A stretch of 64,000 nucleotides of DNA. It comes from a bacterium. GTDB lineage: Bacteria > UBA8248. Of the stretch, positions 61,718-64,000 are shown piece after piece. The notes under the pieces are model-generated. The model was not told the DNA's origin and ran no database searches. It was given only the letters and a program-made list of their open reading frames with translations. Numbering within the stretch: position 1 is the stretch's first letter; the number at the start of each line of letters is the position of its first letter. The DNA lies in NCBI GenBank assembly GCA_963692865.2, contig OY843592.1, positions 3,488,001 to 3,552,000 of the forward strand, given 5' to 3'. The position numbers and the translations under genes were made by a program.

Positions 61718-62043
61718 CGAGCATCATCCACGGATAATAGATTCAACGACGAATCATGCGCTTCGTCCCGGCGTCGGGGCCGGGCGGCGAATTCCGAAAA
61801 TCTCGATTGAAAATCAGGCGGTTCTCTTCCGGCATGCCTCTGTGGAACCAGCGAGAAAATGCCGATGGAGCGAAGTGGTGCTCGGAGTCCTTATTGCCGG
61901 TCGTTCTTCCAGACGGACCAAAGAACGAGATGTCCATGAACAAAACACGGGGGACGACCCTCGTCATCCCGCATCTTTTTGAAATTCAATCGTTTATAAA
62001 CATCAACAGCACAGATTGCGCAATAACCCCATTGTCAGGAATC

Positions 62044-62072
62044 AATATAGGAGCCGAGGCTGGATCTGTCAA
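62044..62072 (-). promoter_or_regulatory. Candidate sigma70 promoter reading toward mutS2
   Basis: TTGACA-17 nt-TATATT on the minus strand with an AT-rich upstream tract. Confidence 0.65.
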
Positions 62073-62132
62073 GAAAAATGAAAATAATTAAATTTTTCGC
62101 CGCTTCGGACGGGAAATAGTCCTATTTGGAGA

Positions 62133-62476
62133 TTGTTGAAAAAGTCCACCTCGGTCGTAATTGGCCACTACCGTCATTCCGGCGAAAGCCGGAATCCATT
62201 TTCACCCGCCGATGGAACCGGGCACCGCCGTCATTCCCTCCGCACGGATACCGCATTCAGGCGTTGCGCAACAACGACAGCGTGGCCACTCCGCCCGGTG
62301 AAAAGTCAAAATGGATTCCGGCTTTCGCCGGAATGACGAACGAAAACCAAATTCGTCGTGGGTACCGAGAAGCCAGTTCCGACCGCAGAGGGAGGAACCG
62401 CCACCTACCGTAGGGACAGGTCGCAACCTGTCCCTACAACAAACGTAAACCCTCCCGCATTGGACTTTTTCAACAA
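62133..62476. mobile_element. Composite MITE-like element, second complete copy
   Basis: Perfect 16-bp inverted ends TTGTTGAAAAAGTCCA (62133-62148) / TGGACTTTTTCAACAA (62461-62476); 25-bp arms 62173-62197 and 62313-62337 identical to those at 19825/19930; REP GTAGGGACAGGTCGCAACCTGTCCCTAC at 62410-62437. Confidence 0.8.
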
Positions 62477-62497
62477 CCCCATTTTGCCGAGAGCCCC

Positions 62498-63172
62498 CTA
62501 CCTCTCGGATTCGGGCCTGCCGCCGCGCCCGAAGCGGCGTGCGAGTTCCGCAAAGACCCGCCCCGGCGGCACGCCGCGCGCGGCCATCCCCACCAGGGTG
62601 TGGAACCACAAGTCGGCCACCTCGTTCGTTACCGCTTCGGGGCCCTCCTCGCGCATCGCCCTGACGACCTCGGCGGCTTCCTCGTCTATCTTCTCCAGCA
62701 CCCGCTCTTCACCCCTGGCGAACAGGCGCGCCACGTAGCTCGAATCCGTATCCCCCGCCCCTTTCCTCTCCAGGATCAGGCGATACACCGATTCGAGCAG
62801 GTTCTGGTCGAAATCGAACGCCGTATCGCCCCCTTCACCCCCGGACGCCGGTATTTCGGTGAAGAAACAAGACATGCGGTTCGTGTGGCAGGCCGGCCCG
62901 TCGGGCCTTACGATGAACACCAGGGCGTCGGAGTCGCAATCGAGCCTCGCCGACACCAGCCTGAGATAATTCCCCGAAGTCTCGCCCTTGTGCCAAAGCT
63001 CTTTCCGGGAGCGGGACCAGAAGTGGACGGTTCCTTTCTCCAGCGTCAAGCGGAGCGATTCTTCGTTCACCCAGGCCAGGGTGAGCACCTCGCCCGTACC
63101 GGCGTCCTGACAAATCGCAGGGGCCAGACCCTGCTCGTTCCACTTGACCTCGGGGATTTCCAACTCGCTCAC
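62498..63172 (-). CDS. hisIE: Bifunctional phosphoribosyl-AMP cyclohydrolase / phosphoribosyl-ATP pyrophosphatase
   Basis: [45 protein letters not shown]; GTG overlaps the hisF stop. Confidence 0.95.
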   Translation of the reverse strand: MSELEIPEVKWNEQGLAPAICQDAGTGEVLTLAWVNEESLRLTLEKGTVHFWSRSRKELWHKGETSGNYLRLVSARLDCDSDALVFIVRPDGPACHTNRMSCFFTEIPASGGEGGDTAFDFDQNLLESVYRLILERKGAGDTDSSYVARLFARGEERVLEKIDEEAAEVVRAMREEGPEAVTNEVADLWFHTLVGMAARGVPPGRVFAELARRFGRGGRPESER

Positions 63173-63939
63173 AGTCTCACCTCCACGCCGCGCCCGCGCA
63201 GATACGTTTTCACCTCCTCGACCGAGTAATCGCCGAAGTGGAAGATCGAGGCGGCCAGAACGGCGTCGGCGCAGCCTTCCTCCAGACCCTCGTAAAGATG
63301 CTCCAGGTTCCCCACGCCGCCCGAGGCGATGACGGGCACGCTCACCCGCTCGGCTATCGTGCGCGTGAGCGCGAGGTCGTAGCCGTCCTTCGTGCCGTCC
63401 CTGTCCATGCTGGTGAGGAGAATCTCGCCCGCGCCCAGCGCGCAAGCCTCCTCCGCCCAGGCCACGGCGTCCCGGCCGGTGGGGCGCGAGCCACCGTGCG
63501 TGAACGCCTGCCAGCGAGGCGCATCCGCATCGTCCGGGACGCGCTTGGCGTCTACGGCGCACACGATGGTGGAGCTTCCGTAGCGCTCCGCCGATCGCTT
63601 GAGGACGCCCGGGTCCCTGAGCGCCGCGCTGTTGATGCTCACCTTGTCCGCGCCCGCCCTCAGCAGGTCGCGCACATCTTCCTCCTCGCGAACGCCGCCG
63701 CCCACCGTGAGGGGAACGAACACGCGCTCCGCGGTGCGGCGCACCATGTCGAGCAGGGTGCCGCGCTTTTCCTTGGAAGCCGTGATGTCGAGAAAGCAGA
63801 TTTCATCCGCCCCCATCTCGTCGTAATGCGCGGCGCACTCCACGGGGTCGCCCGCGTCGCGCAAGCCTTCAAAATTCACGCCCTTCACCACGCGGCCCTC
63901 TTTCACGTCGAGACAGGGAATGATTCTCTTCGCTAGCAA
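63169..63939 (-). CDS. hisF: Imidazole glycerol phosphate synthase subunit HisF
   Basis: [41 protein letters not shown]. Confidence 0.98.
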   Translation of the reverse strand: MLAKRIIPCLDVKEGRVVKGVNFEGLRDAGDPVECAAHYDEMGADEICFLDITASKEKRGTLLDMVRRTAERVFVPLTVGGGVREEEDVRDLLRAGADKVSINSAALRDPGVLKRSAERYGSSTIVCAVDAKRVPDDADAPRWQAFTHGGSRPTGRDAVAWAEEACALGAGEILLTSMDRDGTKDGYDLALTRTIAERVSVPVIASGGVGNLEHLYEGLEEGCADAVLAASIFHFGDYSVEEVKTYLRGRGVEVRL

Positions 63940-64000
63940 GAGAGCATCTCCATCGCCTTTGGAAAATCCATGGTCCCCTCATACAGCGCGCGCCCCACGA
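63933..64000 (-). CDS. hisA: C-terminal fragment of HisA (truncated by the window edge)
   Basis: Minus-strand frame reads [21 protein letters not shown]-stop, overlapping the hisF start. Confidence 0.75.
   Translation of the reverse strand, partial: VGRALYEGTMDFPKAMEMLSC

Noticed and set aside
62126-62609. Short ORFs containing SFRRKPES / WIPAFAGMT peptides (also near 19700-19950)
   Set aside because: These peptides are translations of the 25-bp palindromic arms; no RBS or coding signal, so treated as non-coding repeat.

Overview
GC-rich bacterial chromosome window with two halves. The right half (about 22.8-64 kb, almost all minus strand) is housekeeping: hisA(3' end)-hisF-hisIE, mutS2-dnaG-rpoD-tRNA-Ile2, zinc-ribbon protein-rnhA-rnpB, threonine ammonia-lyase-purH-folC-folP, TauE-panE-panB, a dcw cluster (mraZ to ftsZ, without ddl), pgeF-yggS-proC-yggT-divIVA-DUF167-mtnA and tRNA-Asp. 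This gene order suggests a deltaproteobacteria-like or Nitrospinota-like diderm (inference only). The left half (1-22.7 kb) is accessory: a fused restriction-modification gene converging on an ABC-ATPase plus TOPRIM-like pair (probable defence locus), TPP-dependent E1 alpha/beta genes, a periplasmic redox operon, a family III CoA-transferase with a cupin, and a Tau/Ssu-type ABC transporter with two tandem binding-protein paralogues. The best candidate for an undescribed system is the redox operon at 11.0-15.8 kb: a MauG-type di-heme enzyme retaining the Tyr294-equivalent ligand, NcgB/NcgC-like cytochromes c, a YVTN beta-propeller and a convergent FGE-fold protein lacking the catalytic Cys pair, with no MauB, MbnP or NirK gene in the window. 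Intergenic DNA carries at least four families of palindromic repeats that are nested in a reproducible order. All family assignments come from motif recognition by eye; no database search was run, and start codons were chosen manually.
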